DNA from: an uncultured Acidobacteriota bacterium
Lineage (GTDB): Bacteria; Acidobacteriota; Thermoanaerobaculia; Gp7-AA8; JAHWKK01
DNA length: 64,000 nucleotides
Direction: 5' to 3'
NCBI GenBank assembly: GCA_963829355.1
Contig: CAWHHZ010000008.1
Coordinates: 296,236 to 360,235, forward strand
Below the pieces are notes generated by a model. It saw only the letters and a program-made list of their open reading frames with translations, made no database searches and was not told where the DNA came from. This document shows, piece by piece, positions 43,540-53,764 of the stretch (position 1 is the stretch's first letter; each line of letters starts with the position of its first letter). A program made the translations under genes and the position numbers.

Positions 43540-43612
43540 TGAACGGAGCTACGGTAGAGGAAGCAACTGACCGAGTCAATCGACGCTGTCAACAATGATC
43601 AGCCGGACCTGT

Positions 43613-44329
43613 CTATCGCCTCACATTCAAATCCTTCATGAAATTACGAAAACCCTCTCCGACGCTGAAGAGCAGGTCGAGAACACTTACATCATGCCTG
43701 AATGGTGGGTGTAGCTGCTCGTACTCGGGGTAGCCGTCATAGCTCACGAACCGCAGATCGATGCCTTCCCGTTCGAACTGTTCACGGTCGAGATAGCTTT
43801 CAGCCGTGGGTCCCGTAAGATAGACGTTGGAGGATGTCAGACGGCATAACTCGACCAGCTTTCCCGTTCGATCTGAAACACTCAAGGGGAGAGTCCGCGA
43901 GAACCGTATCGGCGTTTCGATTTCCATCAACGCGCAGAGCCTTCGCAGAAACAGGGCATTGATTTCGGACAGCATCGTCATCTCCGAAGCCTGGGCGTAT
44001 AACTCTCGAATGGTCGACTCCAAAACCTGGAAATGAGGAGCAGATTTGTAGGTCTGCTCCAGGAGGCTCCAGTGCCGTCTGGCCCAAGAAGGATCGTTTA
44101 GCTCAGTATCCTGAACCAGTTGATGCAATCTTCCCCTGGTCACGACGGGAATCGTCAACCATCTGACATTCCGGAGGGGATCAGGAAACTTCACCCGGTT
44201 CCTGTTTCTCCAAGTCTGTTTTACGAACTGGACATTGTCGTAGAGGATGAATTCATCAGCCGCCCTGATGAGATCGAAGTAGCCCTTCCAGGGGATGTAA
44301 CTGGACTGCACGACTGCTAGTGTCTTCAT
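43613..44329 (-). CDS. WbqC family protein
   Basis: QSSYIPWKGYFDLI, YDNVQF...WRNRNRVK, YLTGP.A..Y, SVLDLLF. Confidence 0.92.
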   Translation of the reverse strand: MKTLAVVQSSYIPWKGYFDLIRAADEFILYDNVQFVKQTWRNRNRVKFPDPLRNVRWLTIPVVTRGRLHQLVQDTELNDPSWARRHWSLLEQTYKSAPHFQVLESTIRELYAQASEMTMLSEINALFLRRLCALMEIETPIRFSRTLPLSVSDRTGKLVELCRLTSSNVYLTGPTAESYLDREQFEREGIDLRFVSYDGYPEYEQLHPPFRHDVSVLDLLFSVGEGFRNFMKDLNVRR

Positions 44330-44463
44330 GGTCTCCGCTAAACGTATGATCAGAACAGGCCCAGCATATTAACGCGGAAGAGGCGTCAGGTAACCTGCTG
44401 CCGCAGAAATCCTCAGCCGGGAAAGGGTGGAGAGGTCCGGCGATAGGGTAAGCTCGCGAAACC

Positions 44464-45600
44464 ATGAGCAACAGAACACGATTGTTTGTCACGGGGATGC
44501 CTCGATCCGGGACAACGCTGGTCGACAAGATCCTGTCTTCACATCCCGAGATCGTCGTTCATTCCCAGCCTCTCCCGCTCCTCTACGTCGAGCTCAAGCG
44601 TATGTTCCTGAAGGAACGTTCCGAACGTCCGGATTCTGCGTCGCTCCGATACCCGTTGAATGATATGTTCGGGGAACATCATTATCCAGCGTCTCGATTC
44701 GCAAGATTCCTCAACTCACTCGATTCGATGCTCTCTCCTCTTCGGGAAATCTCGCACGCGGCCCGATCATTCTCTGGGCAACTCTCAGAATTCAAGCATC
44801 AGATCGCCACCGAATGCTCAAATCAACCTTTGAGTCAATTTCTTGATTGTTACCTGGGGGTCCTGACAGAAGATTCTCCGCGAATCGTCGGGTCCAAAGA
44901 GGTCTTCTGCGAAGAATTCATACCGTACGAGGTGGAACATCGCACGAAGGTCGTTCTGATTCTCAGAGACATCAGAGATGTGATCACGTCGCTGAACTTC
45001 GGAGAGGCTGCAATCTGGTCGGGGACGGCGAGACCCGATCTGTTCAACATCAGGCAATGGAGAAAAAGCGTCGCGTTTGCGACACGTTATGAGGCAGACG
45101 ACCGTGTCCACGTCATCCGCTATGAAGACGTGGTTCAACAACCGGTCCGGACGATCGAAGAAATCACAACCTTCCTGGAGGTTTCTCCGCTGCACCGATC
45201 CATCCTCCAGGGCGAGCTTCGAGATCAGAACGGGGAGGTCTGGGAGGGAAACTCATCTCACAGTCCTAATCCATCCATCACCAGCGACTCGATTGGACGC
45301 TATGTGCATCATTTGTCTCCAGCACGCAGGGCATGGATCGAAGCGTTGTGTCTTCCCGAATTGAGATACCTCAACTACACAGCGGAGGTCGACGTGCCGG
45401 CCGCGCTCGCGACAATCGCCAGCTACGTCGATGAGACCGCGAACACGAGAGAAGAGCTGTGCAAATACCGCTGGACTGAATCGAGAGCGTTCGAGGAAAC
45501 GGAGCGTCTGGCACTCCTTACCGAACCAAGGTTCCGTGAGGATCGCTTTCTGTTTCATGAGACATTCGACGTGTTGTCCTCCATGAGCCGGCTACCGTAG
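44464..45600 (+). CDS. Sulfotransferase
   Basis: FVTGMPRSGTTL, GSKEV, LRDIRDVITS, RYED. Confidence 0.88.
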   Translation: MSNRTRLFVTGMPRSGTTLVDKILSSHPEIVVHSQPLPLLYVELKRMFLKERSERPDSASLRYPLNDMFGEHHYPASRFARFLNSLDSMLSPLREISHAARSFSGQLSEFKHQIATECSNQPLSQFLDCYLGVLTEDSPRIVGSKEVFCEEFIPYEVEHRTKVVLILRDIRDVITSLNFGEAAIWSGTARPDLFNIRQWRKSVAFATRYEADDRVHVIRYEDVVQQPVRTIEEITTFLEVSPLHRSILQGELRDQNGEVWEGNSSHSPNPSITSDSIGRYVHHLSPARRAWIEALCLPELRYLNYTAEVDVPAALATIASYVDETANTREELCKYRWTESRAFEETERLALLTEPRFREDRFLFHETFDVLSSMSRLP

Positions 45601-45634
45601 GCGCTTCATTTTGCGCTACTCTGAAAACCACTCC

Positions 45635-46627
45635 ATGAAGTTTATCTTCCTGATTTGCACGGAGAGATCCGGCAGCAATCTCGTCACGTCCCTGATGAAC
45701 GCGCACTCCCGGGTATGCGGACCGCCGCCGACTCACCTCTTCCGGCTCTTTGGGACGAATCGCGGCAACTACGGAGACCTCTCCGTCGACACAAACTGGA
45801 GATTGCTGGGAAAGGACTTCGAGCTCAACTTCCACGCAAAATTGGGTGCTTGGTCGACAACCATTTCATCCCCCCAGCTCCTCGCACAATGCTCGTATCG
45901 CTCACCTGCCGAGCTGCTGCGGTTGACTTATGTCCAGGAGGCAGCCGCAGCAGCAGCCGACCACGTATTCGTGAAGGAAAATCATACCTACCAGCTCGCG
46001 CCCTTCCTGCTCGCGAATTTCGAGGGCTGCCAGTTCGTCTACATGGTTCGGGACCCCAGGGACGTTGCCAGCTCCTGGATCAACACTGCTACCAGCGAAG
46101 GCGGGGTCGCGAGAGCGGTCGACGTCTGGGCGCACGACCAGGAGCAGGCGCTCCTGCTCTACGACCAGTTGCGAGACTCCGGCAGAATCATCATGACCAC
46201 ATATGAAGCGCTGATCCGAAAACCGTCTGAAGTGCTGTCGATTCTCTGCAAGTCCGCGGGCCTTCAGTTCGAGGAAGAAATGCTTCAGTTCCATCATAAG
46301 GGACAGACCGTCGAGAATTCGATGAGGGTGGGAGCATGGTCCAACCTTCAGCGCCCCATCATCGCTGGAAACAGTGGCAAATTCCGTTCGGGTCTCACCT
46401 CCGTCGACATCCGGTACGTCGAGTTGCGGTGTGGACAACTGATGGATCGACTCGGCTATACGCGGTTGACTCCAACGCCGGATTCCGAGGAGCAGACGAC
46501 CCGGGAAGCGAGCGCACTGCACTCTCAGCTCAGTTCAGGACCCGGCCTTGCCGGAGCCGAGGACGAGCGCATCCGGCGCCAAACCAGGCTGACGGCAATC
46601 AGAACGGTACTGGAGAGACGGCTTTGA
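45635..46627 (+). CDS. Sulfotransferase
   Basis: ICTERSGSNL, FVKEN, VRDPRDVASS, YEAL. Confidence 0.88.
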   Translation: MKFIFLICTERSGSNLVTSLMNAHSRVCGPPPTHLFRLFGTNRGNYGDLSVDTNWRLLGKDFELNFHAKLGAWSTTISSPQLLAQCSYRSPAELLRLTYVQEAAAAAADHVFVKENHTYQLAPFLLANFEGCQFVYMVRDPRDVASSWINTATSEGGVARAVDVWAHDQEQALLLYDQLRDSGRIIMTTYEALIRKPSEVLSILCKSAGLQFEEEMLQFHHKGQTVENSMRVGAWSNLQRPIIAGNSGKFRSGLTSVDIRYVELRCGQLMDRLGYTRLTPTPDSEEQTTREASALHSQLSSGPGLAGAEDERIRRQTRLTAIRTVLERRL

Positions 46628-46647
46628 CGGCAGAGCACGGAAGACCG

Positions 46648-47607
46648 ATGTACTCCGTAGTCGTTCCGGTCTACAACAGCAGCCGATCGCTGGTCGAATT
46701 GCATGAGAGACTGCGAGTTGTCTTCGGTGAAATGGGTGATCCGTGGGAGCTCATATTAGTCGACGATGGCTCCCGGGATCATTCGGCCTGGAGCACATGC
46801 CAGGACCTGGCGCGCCGGGAGAATGTCCGGGGAGTCCGCCTGGCAAGAAACTTCGGTAAGCCCGCCGCCGTGCTTTGTGGGATCGGACTGGCTCGGGGCC
46901 AGTGGATCATCACGATCGACGACGATCTGCAACAGAGACCCGAGGATATCCCCGCTCTTCTCCGCTACAGAGACCACGATGTCGTCGTGGCAAACTATCA
47001 GGATCGCAAGCATGGGGCTCTCGCCGTCGCAGCGAGCCGCGTCACTGATGTATTTCGCCGGACGATTCTCGAGTTGCCGTGCAGCATGTCTCCACTCAAA
47101 GTTTTCAAGGCGGACGTCGCCAGGGCAATGTTGATGATCCGAACCCCCCATCCCTTCATCCCCGCCTTGATGTCGCAGGTCACCGACGACTTCCATTCCA
47201 CAACCGTCCTGCATGAGCAGAGCCTCCACGGAAACAGCCGGTACACGTTTCGGAAGAAAACGAAGCAACTGTCGAACTTGATGATCAGCAACTCGTCACT
47301 GTTGCTCCGGCTGCTGGCTCTCACAGGTACAGTTCTGGCCAGCGCCGGATTCGCCTACGCGCTGCTCGTCATCGTCAGAAAGATCGCCGGTGCTCCTATT
47401 CAGCCAGGGTGGTCATCCCTGATCGTGATCAACCTCGTGTTCGGCGGGCTGACGCTGATCGGGCTCGGAATCATCGGAGAGTATCTCATTCGAATTCTGG
47501 ATGGGCTGAGTATGCGTCCTCCCTACGTCATTCGTGAACTGGCGGGAGCCGAATCCGAAGAGAGCCCGGATACTCAGGGGGGGATTCGACTTGAGAACCG
47601 AGACTGA
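46648..47607 (+). CDS. GT2 undecaprenyl-phosphate glycosyltransferase (ArnC/GtrB-like)
   Basis: SVVVPVYN, VDDGSRD, RNFGK, IDDDLQ, two C-terminal TMs ending IIGEYL.RI.....RP.Y. Confidence 0.88.
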   Translation: MYSVVVPVYNSSRSLVELHERLRVVFGEMGDPWELILVDDGSRDHSAWSTCQDLARRENVRGVRLARNFGKPAAVLCGIGLARGQWIITIDDDLQQRPEDIPALLRYRDHDVVVANYQDRKHGALAVAASRVTDVFRRTILELPCSMSPLKVFKADVARAMLMIRTPHPFIPALMSQVTDDFHSTTVLHEQSLHGNSRYTFRKKTKQLSNLMISNSSLLLRLLALTGTVLASAGFAYALLVIVRKIAGAPIQPGWSSLIVINLVFGGLTLIGLGIIGEYLIRILDGLSMRPPYVIRELAGAESEESPDTQGGIRLENRD

Positions 47608-48754
47608 GGAGACGGGGACAGAGGGACTCGATCCTGTTCCATTCAATCGAGCTATGGTTACCGGGAGAGAGTCGGAATACCTGTCGCAAGCCATCGCCAA
47701 CCACAAATTTTCCGGCGGTGGACCGTTCTCACTTCGATGTGACGACTGGATGACGAGGGCGTTCGAGGCACAGTCTTTCACCGTGACTTCCGGAACTCAT
47801 GCTCTCGAGATGGCAGCACTGCTCGCCGGCCTCGGTCCTGGTGAGGAAGTGATCCTGCCCTCCTTCGCCTTTTCCTCTACTGCGACATGCTTCATTCGCT
47901 CCGGCGCGACTGCCGTGTTCGTTGACATCGAGCCAGAGACGATGAACATCGATCCAGCTCTCGTTGCTTCGGCTTTCACTCCACGAACAAGAGCAGTCAT
48001 TGCGCTTCACTACGCAGGCGTCGCATGCGATATGGATGCGCTGAACGAGATCGCCCGGCACACGGGGCTATGCGTCATCGAGGACGCGGCCCAGGCAATT
48101 CTCTCCACTTACAAAGGAAGATTCTGCGGAACCCTTGGTACCTTCGGCTGCTTGAGCTTTCATGAAACCAAGAACATTCATTGTGGAGAGGGTGGGGCCA
48201 TACTCCTCAATCGAGAATCCGACGTGGCGCGCGCAGAGATCATCCGCGAAAAGGGGACCGACAGATCTCGATTCTTCAGAGGAGAGATCGACAAGTACAC
48301 ATGGAGGGACATCGGCTCATCCTATGTGCTCAGCGAGCTCAATGCCGCGTTCCTTCTCGCTCAACTCGAGCATAGTGAAGAGGTCACACGAGGTCGTCTT
48401 CAGGCATGGCACAAATACGAATCGGCACTGGAGCCACTGGAGGCGCGAGGCGATCTGGAGATCATGAGGGTGCCAGAAGACAGGCGGCACAACGGCCACA
48501 TATTCTGGATCAAAACCCTTGATGCCCAGACGCAACGAATGCTGCTCGACTGGCTGCACTCAAAAAATATTGGCGCGCTGTTCCACTACGTGCCGCTGCA
48601 CGATACCGACGCCGGCCGTCGATACGGTCGCTTTCACGGCGACGACAACTACACGACGCGCGAATCATCCCGCCTCATTCGTCTCCCTCTCTACTACGGC
48701 TTCACTGGTATAGAGAGGGTCGTGGACGCGATCGACCGGTTTTTCCGCGGATAG
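47591..48754 (+). CDS. rffA: dTDP-4-amino-4,6-dideoxygalactose transaminase (RffA/WecE)
   Basis: SGTHALEMAA, HYAGVACDMD, EDAAQ, SFHETKNI.CGEGGA, EKGTDRSRFFRGE.DKYTW. Confidence 0.9.
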   Translation: MRTETEETGTEGLDPVPFNRAMVTGRESEYLSQAIANHKFSGGGPFSLRCDDWMTRAFEAQSFTVTSGTHALEMAALLAGLGPGEEVILPSFAFSSTATCFIRSGATAVFVDIEPETMNIDPALVASAFTPRTRAVIALHYAGVACDMDALNEIARHTGLCVIEDAAQAILSTYKGRFCGTLGTFGCLSFHETKNIHCGEGGAILLNRESDVARAEIIREKGTDRSRFFRGEIDKYTWRDIGSSYVLSELNAAFLLAQLEHSEEVTRGRLQAWHKYESALEPLEARGDLEIMRVPEDRRHNGHIFWIKTLDAQTQRMLLDWLHSKNIGALFHYVPLHDTDAGRRYGRFHGDDNYTTRESSRLIRLPLYYGFTGIERVVDAIDRFFRG

Positions 48755-48757
48755 TTG

Positions 48758-49729
48758 ATGTCCAATCTCAAGCGCTCCATTACACACCGCTCCACCATCT
48801 TCATCAAGGCCGCAATCTCGGTTGCCCTCCTGACTGCGATACTCGTCCGCGTCGACTGGCATCAGCTGGCCGACAGCTTCAAGAGACTCGAGCCGATTCC
48901 TCTGACCGGCGCAGTGCTCTCCTTCGCGGTCGTCGCCGGCTTGGAGGCATTGCGACTTCAGGTCGCCCTCAGAGCTCACAATCTGTCGTTCGGGGAGTCT
49001 CTTCGCCTGCATCTGATCGGCGTGCTCTTCGGAAACTTCCTTCCAGGACAAACCGGAGGAGATGTCTACCGCGTTGTCGCAATCCGGAGACTCGAACGGT
49101 CGACCGCTCGGGCGGCTTCGGTCATCGTCGTGCTACGTGGTCTCGCTCTAATGACCACACTTGCCGTGGCGATGCTCGCGGCTCACTGGATACTGCCAAA
49201 GCTCATCAGGCACCTTCCACCCTCAGTAACTCTCACGCGGTCTTTTCCGCTTCCAGTCACGCTTTCGGCTCTCCTGGCCATAGCTCTTCTCACCATCCTG
49301 CTGGCGCGAGCTCCGCGGTGGCGCGAAGGACTCTGGCGGTTCACACGTACGTTCCTCGCCGTGCTTCAATCATTTTCTCTTTCTCAACTTGCTGCTCTCG
49401 TGCTGCTCTCGGCCCTCGTCACAGCCTTGCGGGGAATCGTCCTCGCCCTGCTGTTGCACTCTGCTGCTGTTTCCATGACGATTGCGGCAGCGATATTCAT
49501 TGCAGCTCTATCCCAGTTGAGCGGCCTCATCCCATTGACTCTCTCAGGGCTCGGTATCAGAGAGGGAGTGATCGTCGGCCTTCTCACTCTTGCCGGCGTC
49601 TCCTATGAGCCTTCCGTTTTGACCGCGATCCTCGGGCGAGCTCTCCAAATCGTGATGGCGGTCGTTGGTGCGATTCTCCTGGTCTTGCCCTCTCGCCGCC
49701 CTCGCGATATCCCGGTCCCGCCCGACTAG
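48758..49729 (+). CDS. Lysylphosphatidylglycerol-synthase TM domain / flippase-like membrane protein (YbhN/AglD2-like)
   Basis: FGNFLPGQTGGDVYR, IPLTLSGLGIREG, ~8 TMs. Confidence 0.85.
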   Translation: MSNLKRSITHRSTIFIKAAISVALLTAILVRVDWHQLADSFKRLEPIPLTGAVLSFAVVAGLEALRLQVALRAHNLSFGESLRLHLIGVLFGNFLPGQTGGDVYRVVAIRRLERSTARAASVIVVLRGLALMTTLAVAMLAAHWILPKLIRHLPPSVTLTRSFPLPVTLSALLAIALLTILLARAPRWREGLWRFTRTFLAVLQSFSLSQLAALVLLSALVTALRGIVLALLLHSAAVSMTIAAAIFIAALSQLSGLIPLTLSGLGIREGVIVGLLTLAGVSYEPSVLTAILGRALQIVMAVVGAILLVLPSRRPRDIPVPPD

Positions 49730-49747
49730 TAGAGGCCTTGGCGTCCT

Positions 49748-50212
49748 CTACTCGGTACCCACCATCTTCCTCACCTGCCGCCTCATCGCCGGATCACTGA
49801 TCGATTGCCTGAAGTCAAATCGAAACGCCGCAGCCATTCGGAGCCGCTTCATTGCATCGTCAGAGTATCCGAGCTCGAGCTCGTATAACCCCAGCTCCAC
49901 CCAATGATCCAGGGGAAGCCTCCCCTCAATGGCAATGCGGTACATGTGGAGAGCCTCCTGATCTCTTCCGAGACGTCTCAGAATGCGCGCCCGGGCAAGA
50001 TCACCGCGCGCCTCGAGGTATGGATCCCACAAGGCAGGGAGGTCCAGAAGTGCAAGCGCCTCGCGCTGACGGAAGGTCTCTGACAATTGATGAGCGTTGG
50101 CGAATTTGACGAACTGGTTCTGGCGATACGGCTCCAAGACGAGTGCCCAGCCGAGGATCAGGCATCCGCCCAGCAGCGCGACGCTGAGACTACTCCTCAA
50201 TACGCTCTGCAT
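49748..50212 (-). CDS. Small membrane-anchored TPR-like protein (partner 2 of O-antigen ligase-like gene)
   Basis: N-terminal TM, LDLPALWDPY..ARG..AR....LG..QEAL..YR.AI...LG.YE.ELG. Overlaps the ligase 3' end by 23 nt and resembles 3307-3765. Confidence 0.65.
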   Translation of the reverse strand: MQSVLRSSLSVALLGGCLILGWALVLEPYRQNQFVKFANAHQLSETFRQREALALLDLPALWDPYLEARGDLARARILRRLGRDQEALHMYRIAIEGRLPLDHWVELGLYELELGYSDDAMKRLRMAAAFRFDFRQSISDPAMRRQVRKMVGTE

Positions 50213-51506
50213 GACCGAGCACCAGTCCGGAAATCATCAGATAGGAACCGTACACTGCTCCGATCTGAAAGGGAAAAAGCGTCATCGCCCCGGCAAGCAT
50301 CGCCACTGTGGACAACAGGCCAGTGTCACGAGCGATACGAGCTTCGGGATCGACAGGTCGCCATCTGTAGAGAAGAGACAGATAGAGAATGATCACGGCA
50401 GTTGCGGCAAAAAAAACCGGGAGCCCTCCTTCTGCGGCCACCTCGAGATAGTCGTTGTGAACCATGTCGAAATAGATCCATTCGCGCTCGTGAATATCTG
50501 GCACCGTCGCCACCATCTCTTCCGCGACGGCAAAGAAACGAAACGGGTACTGGCCCGGGCCCACGCCGAAGAGAGGCGCGCGAGCGATCATGTTTGCCGC
50601 ACTCATGTAAGCGACGGCGCGCCCCCCCGAAATCTCACGGAAATCTCCTTCCTCCGCGGCGCGTAGGTACTTTCCGATGCGTCTGCCCAGCTCGGCTTGG
50701 CTTCCGAGCCACCAGCTGGAGCCGATGGCCACGATGATGAGCACGGCGAGGGATGGCACCAGCATACGCCGGTGCTTGTACAACATCCTCACTGACTGCC
50801 AGAAGGCCAGGACCGCCGCTACGGCGATAGCAGTCAGTGTAGTGGATAAAAGGATACCGAATCCGATTGCAGCGCTCGCTGCGGTTCCTGCGACTCGAAA
50901 GCGCCTTGTTGATGCCAGAGCACACGAGAACGGCAGCAGCAGATACAAGCCTACATCGTCCCGGTTACCGAGAAGAGAGGCTCGCTCCAGGATGGTCCTG
51001 TCCTCGAGGGGTAAATCATCAAGCTGGGAAGGCGAGGTGAGTGGGTGCCAGAGGTTGGCCATCTGCAGAATCAGTGTAGTCGTGACGACGAGACCCGGAA
51101 GAAGGGTGACCATGAGTAACCGCACAACATCGTGCCGGCGGCCGATTGCCCGGGTGGATAGAAACAGTATCACCGCCACCAGAACATCCACGACAGCCCA
51201 GAGCGAAGTTCCGGGACGATCCGAGAGGATCGCTGAAATCAACAACCAGACGCAGATCCCTGACAACAACCAGAGGATTCGGTCGTGGGGACGTGTCCGG
51301 GACTCGGCTTTCCTCCTCCAGATCCAACCCAATCCCAGGATCAGGATCAGCAGAATCGCCAGGGCCCGCAACAACAGAACCTTCGGGAACCGGAACGCGT
51401 CGTAGCCGCTCGGGACCAGGATCAGGGGAAGCACGCCAAGTGCGACGCCCACGATGAGAATCAGCAATCGCTGCTGCAAGAGTCGAAAATCCGGCCCCTT
51501 GCTCAT
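50190..51506 (-). CDS. O-antigen ligase / O-oligosaccharyltransferase family (Wzy_C), paralog 2
   Basis: YDAFRFPKVL, LGNRDD, PLFGVGPGQY, FDMVHNDYLEVAAEGG, LFPFQ. Colinear with 3755-5062. Confidence 0.85.
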   Translation of the reverse strand: MSKGPDFRLLQQRLLILIVGVALGVLPLILVPSGYDAFRFPKVLLLRALAILLILILGLGWIWRRKAESRTRPHDRILWLLSGICVWLLISAILSDRPGTSLWAVVDVLVAVILFLSTRAIGRRHDVVRLLMVTLLPGLVVTTTLILQMANLWHPLTSPSQLDDLPLEDRTILERASLLGNRDDVGLYLLLPFSCALASTRRFRVAGTAASAAIGFGILLSTTLTAIAVAAVLAFWQSVRMLYKHRRMLVPSLAVLIIVAIGSSWWLGSQAELGRRIGKYLRAAEEGDFREISGGRAVAYMSAANMIARAPLFGVGPGQYPFRFFAVAEEMVATVPDIHEREWIYFDMVHNDYLEVAAEGGLPVFFAATAVIILYLSLLYRWRPVDPEARIARDTGLLSTVAMLAGAMTLFPFQIGAVYGSYLMISGLVLGHAERIEE

Positions 51507-51563
51507 GGGAACTGCCCTCGTGGAGGGATGGCAGTCGATGCCGGGGTTCCGCCGAAGCCATTC

Positions 51564-53500
51564 TCAGCGCACATACGCTTGAGTCATCAATGACAACGTC
51601 CCGCGATCCTTCTGTGACGCGAGCGAGCACAACTTCATCTCTTCCGGTATCAAATCCTTCAGAACCGCCATCGGTTCTTCGAGATTCGAGACGGTCGTGA
51701 GCTCCAGACGCCTGAGTATCTCGCCAACGACTTCACTTTTCGGTTGCGGTGCCTTCGTGATCACGATCTGCGGATGCTCGGTCGGAACGCTCGTCTCCCC
51801 GTCAAGACGAAGCTCCTCGAAGAGCTTCTCGCCGGGCCTGAGCCCCGTGAATCGAAGCTCGATGTCTTCGTCCTCACTCGTCAATCTGATGAGATCCTGT
51901 GCGAGATCGGCGATCCGAATCGGTTCACCCATGTCGAGCATGAAGATGTTCCTGTCGTCTCCCAGCGTCGACGCCTGGAGGACCAGGGAGATGGCCTCTG
52001 ACTGCCGGAGGAAATAGCGGGTGACCTCCGGGTGAGTCACGGTCACCGGACCGCCAGCCTTGATCTGCTCGAGGAACAGAGGCACGACACTGCCCGATGA
52101 GCCGAGAACGTTCCCAAAGCGGACGATCGTCATCCGCATCGGGGAACGTTCCGCAAAATCCAGCAGAGCAATCTCTGCCGCCCGCTTTGAAGCGCCCATG
52201 ACACTGGTGGGATTGATCGCCTTGTCGGTGGAGATCAGAACGAATCTGCCAACCTGATAGCGATCAGCTGATCTCCGCCAGCTTCACTGTGGCGAGCGTG
52301 TTGTTCCTGAAGTACTCGGCCGGATTTTCCTCGCCCAGGGGAACGTGCTTGTGAGCTGCTGCATGCAGCACGATCTCCGGCTTGATGTGATCAAACACAC
52401 GCTGAACGGCGTCGGAGTCGCAGACGTCGACCAGATGTCGTGACACGAGAGGCGCAAGCCATTGCCGCTCCGTTCTGAGTCGCTTGTCCACCTGGTACAA
52501 CGCGAATTCGCTGCGTTCCACCAATGCGAGGTGAGCCGGCTCGAATCCGAGAATCTGGAAGGCGAGCTCCGATCCGATCGTTCCTCCTGCGCCGGTGACG
52601 AGGACACGTTTCCCAGCGAACATCTTCCTGACCCGGTCACCGGGGAGCTTGATCTCCTCGCGCCGAATCAGATCCTCGATGTTGACAGGACGAAGCTGGG
52701 AAACATGCACTTTTCCGCTCACGAGGTGATCCACAGCAGGAATCGTCTTGAACTCGATGCTCGAATCGTCGAGCATCCTGACGATCTCGCGAATCCGTTT
52801 ACCGGAAGCCGTCGGAATCGCGATCAGAGCTTCGGCCACATCCATGTCTTCGATGATTTCCGGAGCGCGATCGATCGAGCCCAGAACCGGAACTCCCCGG
52901 ATCTGTGAGTTCCACTTCGCCTGGTGGTCGTCAAGAAAACCCACCACCTTCATCCCGAGCTGTGGGCGATGCTGGATCTCTCGCACAAGCGTCTCACCAG
53001 CGTCCCCGGCACCGATGATGATGACGTTTCGAGACGCTCCTCGGAAGCGATCTTTCCTCGTACGGTCCCGGAACAGCCGAACCGCCACACTGACTCCAAA
53101 CAGAGCAAGCAGCGCAAAGGCCCAGTCGATCAGAAGAGCACCTCGCGAGACCCCCCTCAACCGACTGGTGATGTCAAGCTCAGGCCCAACGAACCAGATC
53201 GCGAGCAGGATAATTTGTGCAGTGGTGAGTCCGACGACCAGGCGGATAACATCCGTGATTCCGACGTAGCGCCACCAGCCTCGGTAAAACCCAAAGAGCA
53301 AGCCCACGACGAGCTGGACGCCAACAACCAAGCGGAAGACTCGTTTCGAACCCTACGATCTGGTTCTTCGGGATCTCGAACTCGAAGCGCACCAGCATCG
53401 CAAAGACATAGCTGATCCAGAACACGAACGCGTGAAAAAGGAAAAGGATCAGCACCCGCGCGCCTGCGAGACGCTCAAGGATCTGGTCAACTCTCGACAT
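51564..53500 (-). CDS. Membrane-bound UDP-GlcNAc 4,6-dehydratase (PglF/CapD/WbpM family), frameshifts ~52260 and ~53335
   Basis: N-terminal TMs with WWRYVGITD, IIGAGDAG, TGAGGTIGSEL, HAAAHKHVP, ISTDKA, MGASKR, RFGNVLGSSGSVVP, GLRPGEKLFEEL. Confidence 0.9.
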
Positions 53501-53764
53501 CTTTAGCTGTTTTCATAGGACTGAAGAGGTGCTCAGCCTCACATTGTGTTCGGCGAAAGCAGAGAATCCGCACGGAGTTCAGATCATTCCGGCAGCCGGA
53601 ACGCATTCACCGGATGCTCGTCGCATCGGAGATCGAACGTTATTGTAGCTCAGAGGGCGGATTGACGACAGGATTTTTGCTGACGCCGAGATTCCCCCGC
53701 GAATAAACGCCGCTGCGCTCTCCATCCTTTTGAGATGGGCGCAAAATGACGATCGTCTCTCCTG

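Noticed and set aside
9021-53500. Calling the split genes pseudogenes or programmed frameshifts
   Set aside because: No consistent slippery sites and motifs are intact; sequencing error is the simpler explanation.
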